A DNA stretch of 64,000 bases from Octopus bimaculoides. Its lineage: Eukaryota. Location of the stretch: the NCBI RefSeq assembly GCF_001194135.2, contig NC_068999.1:2366046-2430045 (forward strand), in the 5' to 3' direction. This document shows positions 37,664 to 48,969 of this stretch, one piece after another. The notes beneath the pieces were generated by a model. It was given only the letters and a program-made list of their open reading frames with translations, was not told where the DNA came from and did no database searches. Positions within the stretch are counted from its first letter, which is position 1, and each line of letters starts with the position of its first letter. Both the position numbers and the translations under genes were made by a program.

Positions 37664-39537
37664 TCTATACAGTCGTGCTAGATACTGACCACGCGTCTTG
37701 TGTGATCTGCCGGCTTTGGCTTGTTCTTTGTGTTTGTACATGGATTGTGTGAGGGAGGGACACAGTTGGGATAGGATAATAATGGTGTGTTGATAAGTGA
37801 TGTTAATTGAGAAGGAGTTGATGAAGAAAAAGTTTAGAGTGAGGAAGAAGAAATAAAAGAGAGTAGAGTAGTCGTGGTGGTGGTGGTGGATATGATGGAA
37901 TAATTTTTTGTTGTTATTTCACTGTCTGCATCGTATCCTTGTAACGATAGCGATAAAGTTTCGTCATGTGTTAGTGTTTGTGTGTAGAAAAATAACTTAC
38001 TTTGGTGTTAGTATGAACACGTCGTTATTTACTGTGAGCGGCTTCTCCTTCGTCGGCTGTCGACTTAGCAATCAAAATGATTTCCAACGGTACCGAATTG
38101 TATGATTGCTTACTAAAGGGAATGTCCAAACGTTTTTCGACCACATCGTAACACACCTTTCTCTTTCCTGTAAAATCTGCTAAACCAGGAGTTGCTACAA
38201 TCCCTCCTCTGGCAATTATTTTATTTTACAACATGCTAAAGATTTATTTGTCTGTATCAGCTTCTGATGCTTTTCTCCCAATTTTCTGCTCTCTGCAATT
38301 CAGAAATCACTGTTCTTCTATTTCTTTGTAGTCTAATGCCGACCGGGTGGGGGACATCGTGGGTTTAAAAACGAACCCACATCCCATTTCCGCTTCATAT
38401 GCAACTCCCGAGTGCCTCATATTTTAAGCAACAAAACCAAACAACAGTGAAGTGAGAGAGAGAGTATTAGCAGAGAATTGGGAAAGAAAAGAGACTGCAA
38501 TGAAGGAAAAAGTGGGTAAAGTGACAATTATTGTTACAGAGATAGAGAGTGAAAAGTTGGGGGGGGGGGTAAAAAAAGTTAAGAACAAAGTAATTTTATT
38601 GTAATGAAGAAGCAAAAGAGTCAACGTTTCTGACCATGGTTTTTTGCCAAGATATATATAAAAAAAAGCAAAAAAAGATAAGAAACGAATGTTCTCAGTA
38701 TTTCTTTTCATTCCATTTTGCCTTTCCAAGGTAACCATTAACTCGAGAATCAAGGCATGTTGTTTTGTATCAGCCAAAACCCATGGCATCAAGTGGACCA
38801 TTGATATAGTCTTGTAATATGGCTTGGAAATGCCAAATACTTTATTTCTGATCTACCTGCACCTTCACGTCATTTGTCTTGAACTCTGGGTCTTCACTTT
38901 CCTCTTGCATTACTTTTTCTCTGGGAAACCAACCAAACAAGTGCTGTTAGAACATGCTCTGTTCCAGCCTTGACACAACTGACTACTGTGTTGACACACA
39001 CCTGTCATTTATGATTGGTTAATGATGAAAGCACATTGCATGCTACTCTCGGGAGAAACCACGGCCTAGCTGGCTTAATTTTCCACAACATATTCTACAA
39101 TAGCTTTCCTTTGCTTCCCATGCCACACACACACACACTGGTTCCCCAACCCCCACCACATTCGTCATTTGCTCTTCCTATACAATCTAGCAAACTTCTC
39201 TGGTCATAATATTTCACCAGCATTTGTGATTTCAATGAAATATCTGGTGGGGAAATATCTGGTATATATATATATATATATATATATACATAAGTCATCT
39301 AAATGTTCATAAGTCAGGAAAAAGATGCACTCCTATATCTGTCAATAGAGTGGGTTTATAATCCCAAGTGTACAGTAATATACATCCACCACGGATGATC
39401 ATACTGATTGGTAATAGCAGCTGTGATGGATATATAATGTTGTAAACTTTGGATAATGTATATATATAAATACGTATATATTGTTTGTAGAAAATGTAAC
39501 TCTGGGGAAGAAGCACACTCTAAGATGTAGAGCAGAG

Positions 39538-39705
39538 TATATTTTAGAAATGGGGGAGGCCAGTTTATAGGAAAGGCCTTTCTCTCTCCATGTTTTGGAG
39601 ATGTCTTAGGCCAACAGGTTTTAGGGTCTGACGAAACGCCATAAAGCTAAACCCTTTATGGACGGGAAACCCAGAGTAATCCCATAAATTGGCCTTCTCC
39701 ATTTA

Positions 39706-39712
<7 letters not shown>
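39538..39712. mobile_element. About 175-bp MITE-like element with about 35-bp imperfect TIRs
   Basis: TATATTTTAGAAATGGGGGAGGCCAGTTTATAGGA matches the reverse complement of TCCCATAAATTGGCCTTCTCCATTTAAAATATA; TA flanks. Confidence 0.6.
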
Positions 39713-39740
<28 letters not shown>

Positions 39741-42329
39741 TAACACAAGCCATAGATTCTTCAAGATTAAATAGTAATTAATTCCAACATAGCTGTCCAT
39801 TTAAAGAGAAGACACTTTAATGACCAGTGATCAAATATAAACTCATTAAGTTACCTATCATTATCTTCAGTTTGTTTTGCTGACAACTCACAGTCAATTG
39901 ATTATTTCTAATTATCTAGTAACATAGAGCAAAGGTGGTGGAGTGGCAGAATCGTTAACGCATCGGACAAAATGCCTTGCAATATTTGCTCTGGATTAAA
40001 GGTGGTGAGCTGGCAGAATTGTCAGCATGTTTTGTATTTCGTCCGTCTTTATGTTCAAATTCTGTTAGGGTTTACATTACCTTTCAGGGTTGATAAAATA
40101 AGTACCAGTTACATACTGGGTCAATGTAATTAACTAACCCCCTTCCCATGAAACTGCTGTCCTTGTGCCAAAATTTGTAACCAATATTTGCTCTAGCTCT
40201 TATATCCAGAGTTCAAAGTTGATAAAACAAATACCAATAAATACCAATATTGGGACCAATCTCATCGAGTAATCACCTTCCCTCAAAACTTGTGGCCTTC
40301 TGCCGAAATTCACAGTAGAAGCAATACTTATTCTCGTTCATAATGTTCTAAATTAAAATCCTGCCAAGTTCAACTTTGCCTTTCATCCTTTTAGCGTCAA
40401 CAAAATAAAGTACCAGTTAAATACTGGAGCTGATTTGATCAATTGGTGACCTGTGCCAACAAGCATGGAACAGCAGAGCTCCAAATTTTCACCCAATAGG
40501 AGAAGTGATTCACTGGGGTACCCTACCTTCACACCATTATTATCTCCTAACAATTAGCATCTGTTGTCCCCGTGATTGTAAGATTGTGGTTTTAATTCCT
40601 GGAGTAGGGGATGTGTTGTGTTCTAGAGGAAAACATTTATTTTATGCTGTTCGTCCACTCAACTGGGAAAAATGAGTAATTTTGGAATGGACTGGCGTCC
40701 CATCCAGAGGGGAAGTATATACGTCACAGAATCTAGGAAATTGGCCTTAGGCTCAGGGTGGACCTTTGATTGTTTTTTTTAACATCTCAACAGACACATA
40801 TACATACAGACATCCTACCATTCTCCACAAAAAATGAGATAATTCTAGCCAAAATTAAGTTCATACCAAGGCAATGAAATAATTCTCCAACCTGCCGTAT
40901 CACAAATATTCAAAAATTATCTAATTTTTGAAGTTACCTCCCTTGCTTGTTTTCCATTTTAGATTTTTGTCTGCTAAAGGCTCGGATAATCTCAGTCCAT
41001 TGTAGTTTTTCAGCTCACTGTATTATATTTGTGAGCCCCTACCGTGTCTGTATTTAGTGTGCCAAAAGTTGCTCTGAAGCATTTTTCCCTTCAACCATAT
41101 TATTTATATTCATCCAGTACCACCTGACTTGGCCCTCGTGCCAGTGGCACGTAAAAGCACCCACTACACTCTCGGAGTGGTTGGCGTTAGGAAGGGCATC
41201 CAGCTGTAGAAACTCTGCCAAATCAGATTGGAGCCTGGTGTAGCCACCTGGTCCACCAGTCCTCAGCCAAATCGTCCAACCCATGCTAGCATGGAAAGCG
41301 GACGTTAAACAACGATGACGATGATGATGATCATCAGCATCAACATCACTACATCCCACCAGTCTCTTTCTCTCTCTCTATCCATATATATTTTACTGTT
41401 TTATTTGTTTCAGTCATTTGACTGCGGCCAATTTTAAACACTCCTCAAGGGAAATTCACTTTCCTAACTGCTTTGGTAATCTCGGTGACTGAGCAATTTC
41501 AGCAGGATTGAATTTCTTCAGCTCCATACACTGTTCGACCATATTCGCCTTTTGCTCTACGTGGTGTAGTTTCTGATTAACTCATGTTGCCATACCAGCC
41601 ACATTAAATATGCTAGTCCTGCAATGTATAAATATTTAGTCAAGAACAAGACATTCACTTCATCAGTTAAAACCTCATTCACAAAACTGCCACTCAAACA
41701 TTATTACTTCACAGCAATCACCCCCTCCCCACACCACCACCACTGCTGCAGTGACCTTAACACCTTAACATAGACCGAATGTGTGTGTGTGTGTGTGTGT
41801 GTGTATCATTTCTATAATTAGAGAGAAAAACAAAAAGATCAGAGAAATATATGGACAGCTGTGTGACTAATAGGATAGCCTAAAGTAGGTGTTTGAAATG
41901 AAATGGGGAGAGGAGCACAAAGAAACTAGTTGAGTGAAAAAAAATAATAAACTTTCGAGTGTGTTTATAGATGTGTGTATGTGTGTGCGTGTGTGTGTGT
42001 GTGTGTGTGTAAATTCACCAACATCATATAATTCTCATAAAATTCTCTCTGGTAGGAATAAAACTTCTAAAACAGAGAAATTCAAAAGACAGCTTTGCTC
42101 CAGTGCTAGAATGCCTACTATGTCTACATGAGATGTGGGTTCATATCCCCTGGACAGCCTTCAACATTTCCTATAGAAATATTTACATGCTACAATTTAC
42201 AGCTTTATGTGCTTTGAGATCCACTGTTCCAAGAAAGAATGATTTCATGTTCTCTCGATATAACATATACATACATACATACATACATACAATACCAAAT
42301 GTGTACAGAAAATAGACTCCATCAACTGC

Positions 42330-42810
42330 TAGTGAAGTAAGCTAGAGGTAGTAGGTATTAATAGCAGAGATGGATGCTCCAAGAGTGTAGCTGTGAGAAT
42401 AAGAATAGGCGGGGCTAAGTTCAGAGAGCTCCTACCTCTGCTGGCAACAAAGGGCCTCTCCCTCAGAGTGTATGATGCCTGTGTGTGAACAGCCATGCTA
42501 CACAGCAATGAAACATGGGCTGTGAGAGCTGAGGACATGTCAGTATGCTTCACTGGATGTGCAACGCGACAGAGTGTAAACATCTTGAGAGAAAAGTTGG
42601 ACAAAAAAGGCATCAGACAGCATGCAAGAGAGACGACTGTGCTGGTATGGTTATATGATGTGTATGGACAAGGGCAACTGTGTAAAGAAATGCCGATCTC
42701 TAACTCTGGGAGTAACCTGTGGTAGAGGCAGACCCAGGAAGACATGGGACTAGGTGTTGAAGCATGATCTTCAAACTTTGGGCCTCATGGAGGCAATGAC
42801 CCTAACCCTA
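42330..42810 (+). mobile_element. RTE-clade LINE 3' fragment (decayed region downstream of the RT domain). A similar remnant lies near 44320-44720
   Basis: Broken frames read KGLSLRVYDACV*TAMLHSNETWAV...LREKL....IR...LVWLYDV...CGRGRPRKTW, typical of the RTE ORF C-terminus. Confidence 0.8.
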
Positions 42811-43756
42811 ACCCTCACCAGTCCTCAGTCAAACCGTCCAACCCATGCCAGCATGGAAAGTGGATGTTAAATGACGATGATGATGATTATGATATATATA
42901 TATATTTGTCCCACCCATGCGAGCAAGGAAGGCAGATGTTAAAGATGATGATGATGACATATATACATGTATAATATACATATGTTTGTATATATGTATA
43001 CAGACACACAGTAGGCACACATGCATATATATGTGTGCATGTGCATATATGTACCTATATATAAATATATATATATACATTCAACTGAAACATTACAACC
43101 ATATCTGATTATTCAAATGCCTAAATTCTGTGCTTGTACATATATTTACTTGATTGCTCACCTTTATCAATGGTTTCTGCCATTGTTTCGATGTGCCACT
43201 TTCTATCACTTATAAAGCTGTCGGCATCTTTGAAGACACAAGTACGCTAGTATAATATATTCCATGCTTAAAATAGATGTAATTTTTTTAGCAACATTTT
43301 TGTATATTTATCTGCATACATACAAAAGGCAAGAGTGAGGTGGTCCCCATTCCAGCAGCAGACAAATACATAGAATATCAGTTTGAAATTTAGGTACAAG
43401 GCTAGCAAGCACAGGGGAAAGGGTAAGTTGATTACATTGATCCCAGTAGTCAACTGGTACCTATTTTTATCGACCCCGAAAGGGGTGAAAAGCAAAGCTG
43501 ACCTCAGCGGAATTTGGACTGAGAACATAAAAGATGAACAAAATGTCAGTAAGCATTTTGTCTGGCATGCTTACAATTCTTCCAGCTCCCTGCCTTCAAA
43601 ATACAATAAAATATTGCTGTGTGTTTACTACACTGTTACAACAGTGATAAAATGCAGAGCTATGTATTCACAGTAATTAGTGCATGAATATATAAGTGTC
43701 GTTTGAAGACATCAGAAAGTCCTAATCTGTGAATGTTTGCTACACACTACACACTC

Positions 43757-43804
<48 letters not shown>

Positions 43805-45208
43805 TAGAAATGGTAAGACAACAAAAGAATGAATGAGACCTCGATATTATGTAAATAGAGGAATTTATCTGTAATATAATATGTGACCGAATAACTGTCA
43901 CATATGTTACAGATATATATATATATATGAATTGTTAAAGAGATTCAAAGTCATACCGGTATCATCATTGCTGTTCACTGGCATTGAGTACTTCTTATAG
44001 CACCAGCATGCTAAAGATAACAGTCAAAATGACTCAAAACCACAGTTTTCATTTGTACACAAGGGTGAAATTGAGGGACCAAACGCAAATATATATATAT
44101 CATTCAATCATTTTTATGCCCATTTTTCCATGCTAGCCTGTGTTAGCTTGTCTTAGTTTTGTCAATTGTATCTACACATCCAGTGGTAGTAGAATGTTAC
44201 CTTTTTGGCAACAAAAGAAACAGTATTGTGATTGTCAGAAAGAGAACAATTTTTAACCCCTTCCCAAATAGTAATGAATGTAAAAGGAAGGATGCAGACC
44301 GGAAACAAACATGTACAGGAGATTGTGAGATGTGTTTATGTATGAAGTGCAATGTTGCATAGTAGCAAAGCATGGTTGCTGAATGTGGAGACTGCATGAA
44401 TGCTGGGAAGAAATGGGAAGAAATAAAGCAAGTATGGATTGCTGAATGTATAATGTTAGTGTTCATGAACGATAGAGCACAGAGGAGCTGGGAGAAGAAT
44501 TAGGTGTAAGCTAAATCAGATACGTAATGGCACTGATACGTAATGCAAAAGAAAGATGATATATCGGTAAAGAAGTAGTGAGTGGAAGAAGGAAACTATG
44601 GATGAGAAAGACCAAGGAAGACATAGGATGATGTAGTGAAAGCTGATCCTATAGTGATGGTGGAAATGAGTTTTAGCAGTTAGGGTCTGTGTAACTAAGA
44701 TTACAAAGCTAGAAGTGAGGAGATAATGTGAATCCTCCACCTAACCTTGAGTAGCAAAATACGAAATCATCATTCCATCCCTGTGTACTCTACCCCATTT
44801 CCAACAATGTGATTCTTATGAAGGTGATGACAATTTGCAAGACAGAGTGATGAAGACCAGTTGAACCCACATGAATGGATAAACAAGCATTAAAATGAAT
44901 ACTCTCTCTCTCTCTCTCTCTCTCAATCGTGTGTGTCTGTGTGCGTGCGTGTGTATGTATGTATATTATTAATATATACTTTGCATGTACCACGTTCTTG
45001 CGTTGTTGTTTCCCCGCCCCTTGTTTTGGATTATATGTGTGTGGGTGGGTGTGTCTGTGTGTGAAAAGGTTGAATTATATTTCATCCTTTACTTTGGAGG
45101 GTTCTAAACGGCGATTTCTAACAAAGATTCTTCATAATTTGGTGGGAGCTTACTGGCGTAAGATTTTTGCGAATATAAAAATATTACATGTATATGGTGT
45201 GTTAGGAG

Positions 45209-45377
45209 AATTTATAGAAAGGTAACCCATAAAATCTCAACAAATGTTAAAAATGGAGAAGAGAAGATGTTAAAATTTGAAAGAATTTTAAAATTCATTA
45301 AAATTCTTTCAAATTTCAACATCTTTCCTCCATTTTTAACGTTTGTTGAGTTTTTATGGGATACCTTTCTATAAATT
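45209..45377. repeat. Fold-back palindrome with about 80-bp arms and a 6-nt spacer
   Basis: 45209-45291 matches the reverse complement of 45298-45377 at about 90%, with one 3-nt indel; spacer AATTCA. Confidence 0.9.
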
Positions 45378-45394
45378 TTTATAAACCATATGTA

Positions 45395-45430
<36 letters not shown>

Positions 45431-46244
45431 TATGCGCGCGCGATGTGTGCATGTAGAAGGAAAGAGAGAGAGTGAGTGGCGTTCCAGTTAGAATATTTGA
45501 CGCACCAAAAATTATTTAGAGCGTCAAAAACCCAAATTTCTTTGGATGTGTTCGTAGATTACAATTCAGCAATAGAAAAATAAAATTAGAAATGGGTGGT
45601 GCATTTTTATCTCCCATCCCCACCCCGCCTTCGAAATTCTTTAAGTTTGACTATTTTTTTTTTTCGAAAACATTTCCAGATTTGTTTTCAAAAGTTATGC
45701 ATATTTTTGAAGAATCTGAATCAATGATATTCAAGGCATAAATCTGAGGAAAATGTTCAAGAGAAAATCGAAACGGAAAAATTACGGATGGCGCCACCAC
45801 CACCACCACGCCCAGTATATATTTCATTTTATTCCATCTTCTATTTGCAGAATTGTAATCCACGATGTTTAAAACATTCTCATTCAATAAGGTACAACTT
45901 TTAGTGAACCAGATAACTTGGACTCTTCTTTTGGAATGTCATACATACATACATACATACATGCATACACGTATGTACTATGTATGTATGTATGTAAAGT
46001 TATAATCGTATTTTGCATTCACATTAACTGAATATATTGGACATACACACCCCCCTCTGTGTGTGTGAGAGAAAGAGAGAGAGAAAGGGCATAATGTCAT
46101 AAAAAGTAATAAAAAGACAATAAAAAATGTTAAAAACAAGTAGAAATATATATATATTAAAACATATCTGTATACATTATATACCAATATATTATATATA
46201 TCCGTTAGTGATGTCTTTTAAATTTAAATATAAATACGTGGGTG

Positions 46245-46303
<59 letters not shown>

Positions 46304-46901
46304 AGATCAATATATTGATCTTTCATCTTTCATCATGTCAATCAGTTGAATCGTTGTATGTATCATTGATGGGAAATTGTGCTGAGATGGGAGAAGGCAA
46401 TTAAGGTGTGGCTCTGTGTATTAATATGTTAAATATAGTTACAGACAGAGCATGTGATTACGATTATTGTTAGGGAAATTCATAGCTATTTGTGCGTGAT
46501 GTGTTGTCTTTGCATATTGTGTGATTGCTAAGTATCAAAATTGAGTGTTAGACAGGTCTTGTAAATACTTGTTGAATATATATGGACAGTAATCTCTGTC
46601 TAAATTTGTATATCTGTATGTGTACATTAAGTGTCCTTATAAACCTATAAACACTTGACTTCACAAGTATGTATGTATGTTTGAGTATGGATACAAAAAT
46701 GCATGCACGAAAACATCACAAAATAAAGCTACGTCAATCAACTCTCTTATTAATTTTTGACAGTATGATCATCACAGACATCACCATATTTTGGGGAACA
46801 AAAATGTTTTACCCTTAATTTAAGTAAAATTAAAAGAAATAATTAAACAACATACACACGCACACACCCTGTCTCACACACATGCATACACACATTTTCT
46901 C

Positions 46902-47291
46902 TTAATATAACAAGCCGTGTAGAAGCTCCACTTGGTCCCAAGCAGAGGTGACAGCGTATATACATGAACCCGGGTCCTGTGAAGATCCTTGTGCTAAGAT
47001 GAGGCCATGAGCTAATAAATAGCAGACAAGTAAGTCCGATTCATGTACAGCTATTAATGTGTCGCTGCGCACTTGCAGTAGTCTGTAGGTTGTACCGTCC
47101 ATAGTCACTGAACTTACTGGATGAGAAGAAGTCCTGGGAAAACACTTATAAAGAGTCCCAATTTCTTTCGGAGTCAATTCCAACAGTTCTCCGAAATGAG
47201 AAAGAAGTTGTCCTTCCAAGTCGAATACGGCGACATTTTTAATTTTTTTAGATTCTTTTAAGATTTGCACGATTTTTGCCGACCAAGACAT
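46902..47291 (-). CDS. Intronless divergent profilin-family protein (profilin-4-like), 129 aa
   Basis: The true ATG is at 47291 (the track start at 47306 is a GTG). MSWSAKIV...VAVFDLEGQLLS...LTPKEIGTL...VTMDGTTYRLLQV...LLVCYL.....LILAQ....PGSCIYAVTSAWDQV has the profilin MSW start, length and strand/helix pattern. Confidence 0.85.
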   Translation of the reverse strand: MSWSAKIVQILKESKKIKNVAVFDLEGQLLSHFGELLELTPKEIGTLYKCFPRTSSHPVSSVTMDGTTYRLLQVRSDTLIAVHESDLLVCYLLAHGLILAQGSSQDPGSCIYAVTSAWDQVELLHGLLY

Positions 47292-48678
47292 GCTCTTTTC
47301 GTTCACAATGAATCAAGGTGGTTGCGGCTTTTACGAAGATTTTTTTTTTTTTCACAATAATTCACATAAAATATTTTGTTCCGTTTCTGTTAACCAGTTG
47401 CCCCTTTATTTCTTAAATGCGTTTTTTCTTATTATTTCTTTCGTTTCTTAATTGCAATCCTTTTTCTTTCTCAAATATACATTCAGTTATTTTTCAATTG
47501 GATTTCCTCGTTTTCTCCTTCTCTTTACGCTCCATCTCAAGCTGTTTAAAGTATGCAATCTTATAGAGGCTGACGGGTGTATATTCATATATATCACTTT
47601 GTGGTCTCTTTGTTAAAATTTATTTTCTTGGAATTATAGAGAACAACTTGCTTGTTCTATCGCATCAAGCACTTCTCAGTTATATATATATATATATATA
47701 TAAAAACACTAATTAATACAATTATAGAACGTTAGATTTTAATATATATATAACGTAATGTGCTTACTGTTTCCTCATCGATGTTATTTTTTCTCTTCTT
47801 ATCAAAAACATGTTCGATAAATTCGAAATGTCATACAGAAAAGCTTTGCGTAATCAGAAATAATAATTTGCAATGTCGAGGAATCTACGTGCTATGTTTG
47901 TTTATATTTGTTTTCAAACTGAGTAAAAGAGGGGTGATGGGACCAATTACGAGTCCCAAAACATCTTTCTTAGCCGAGTTTAAACGACATGACTTCTGGA
48001 GTGTTATAATAAGGGGAGGGTGGGAAGACGGTAAAAGTTCAGGATGAGAAAGTCAGAGAAAGGCAAAGTGAGGGAGAGGAAGTAAGAAAGAGTGAGTTTA
48101 TAAAAAGATCGTCGTCAGAAGTGAGAGAGAGAGGGGGATAAATTAATGGGGTAACAGAGTGAGAAGTGTTAGAGAGGAGGAGTTAAAAATGAAGAGAAAG
48201 AGGTGTAAGAGGTAAAAAGAAATAGTCTGGATTGAAAGTGTGTAGTTGAGGGTGAACGAGTGACTTGTTAAGGAGAAAAAGTGAAAGGCGAAGCTAAGGA
48301 AGAGAAAGAAAAAAGTGAAGAAGTGCGAGAATGAGAGAAGGGTGCAATGTGAAAGAGAGAGAGAGTAAAACACTGAATAGAGGGTAAAGTGGAGGCGAAC
48401 AAAAGAATGTTATAAGTTGGGTCGAGAGAGAAAGAGGAAGAACAAATAAGAAATCTGAGAGAGAAGGAATAAAACTGAAGGAAGAGAGAGAGAGAGAGGG
48501 GGCGAAGCAAATAATCTCTTTGGTTTAGAAGAGAAAAAGAGGGCAAAAGTGAGAGAAAGGGAAAAGAATGTGGTAAAACGGGAATGGGAGGAAGGCAATT
48601 GTATGAGAGGAGTTTTAGAGGTGCAGCTTGAAGAAAGAGGGGGAGTCGAAAAGTTCCGTGTTTTTCAACAAGTTCACA

Positions 48679-48969
48679 ATGAGTAAGGTTTTCTTGTGTA
48701 ACGAGTTGAAGCGGAGTTGTGTGTGTGTCTGTGTGTCTAAGGGAAAGAATAGCGAAGAAAGGGATCTAGGCGTTGGCATCGAGGGGAAGTAATTCCCACA
48801 ACATTGTCAAAGGGTTTATATTAGGATAGCAGTTGCGTGATTTGGGTTTTTTGATTTATTTATTTATTTATATTTTGTTTTGTTTTTAAAAGTACTGGAA
48901 ACAGACAATAATCGGTGTTACGTGCGGTTATCTAACTCAGTCATGCAGGACTTTCAGGCACGCTTAACG
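48679..48969 (+). CDS. Candidate 5' end of an unidentified gene (ATG-A micro first exon plus exon 48893-48969), truncated by an assembly gap
   Basis: CACA-ATG-A|GTAAGG (48679-48688) and pyrimidine tract-AAAAG|TA (acceptor 48892) are phase-compatible. Together they give MILETDNNRCYVRLSNSVMQDFQARLT, open into the gap. Confidence 0.35.

Noticed and set aside
38700-38930. Minus-strand peptide containing QAILQD, as in human TMEM214
   Set aside because: It lies upstream of the TMEM214 start, is bounded by stops, and the true equivalent (IQLLAREE) is in exon 5. Treated as coincidence or decayed TE sequence.
39628-39637. CTGACGAAAC as a hammerhead core
   Set aside because: CUGACGA and GAAA overlap, leaving no stem II.
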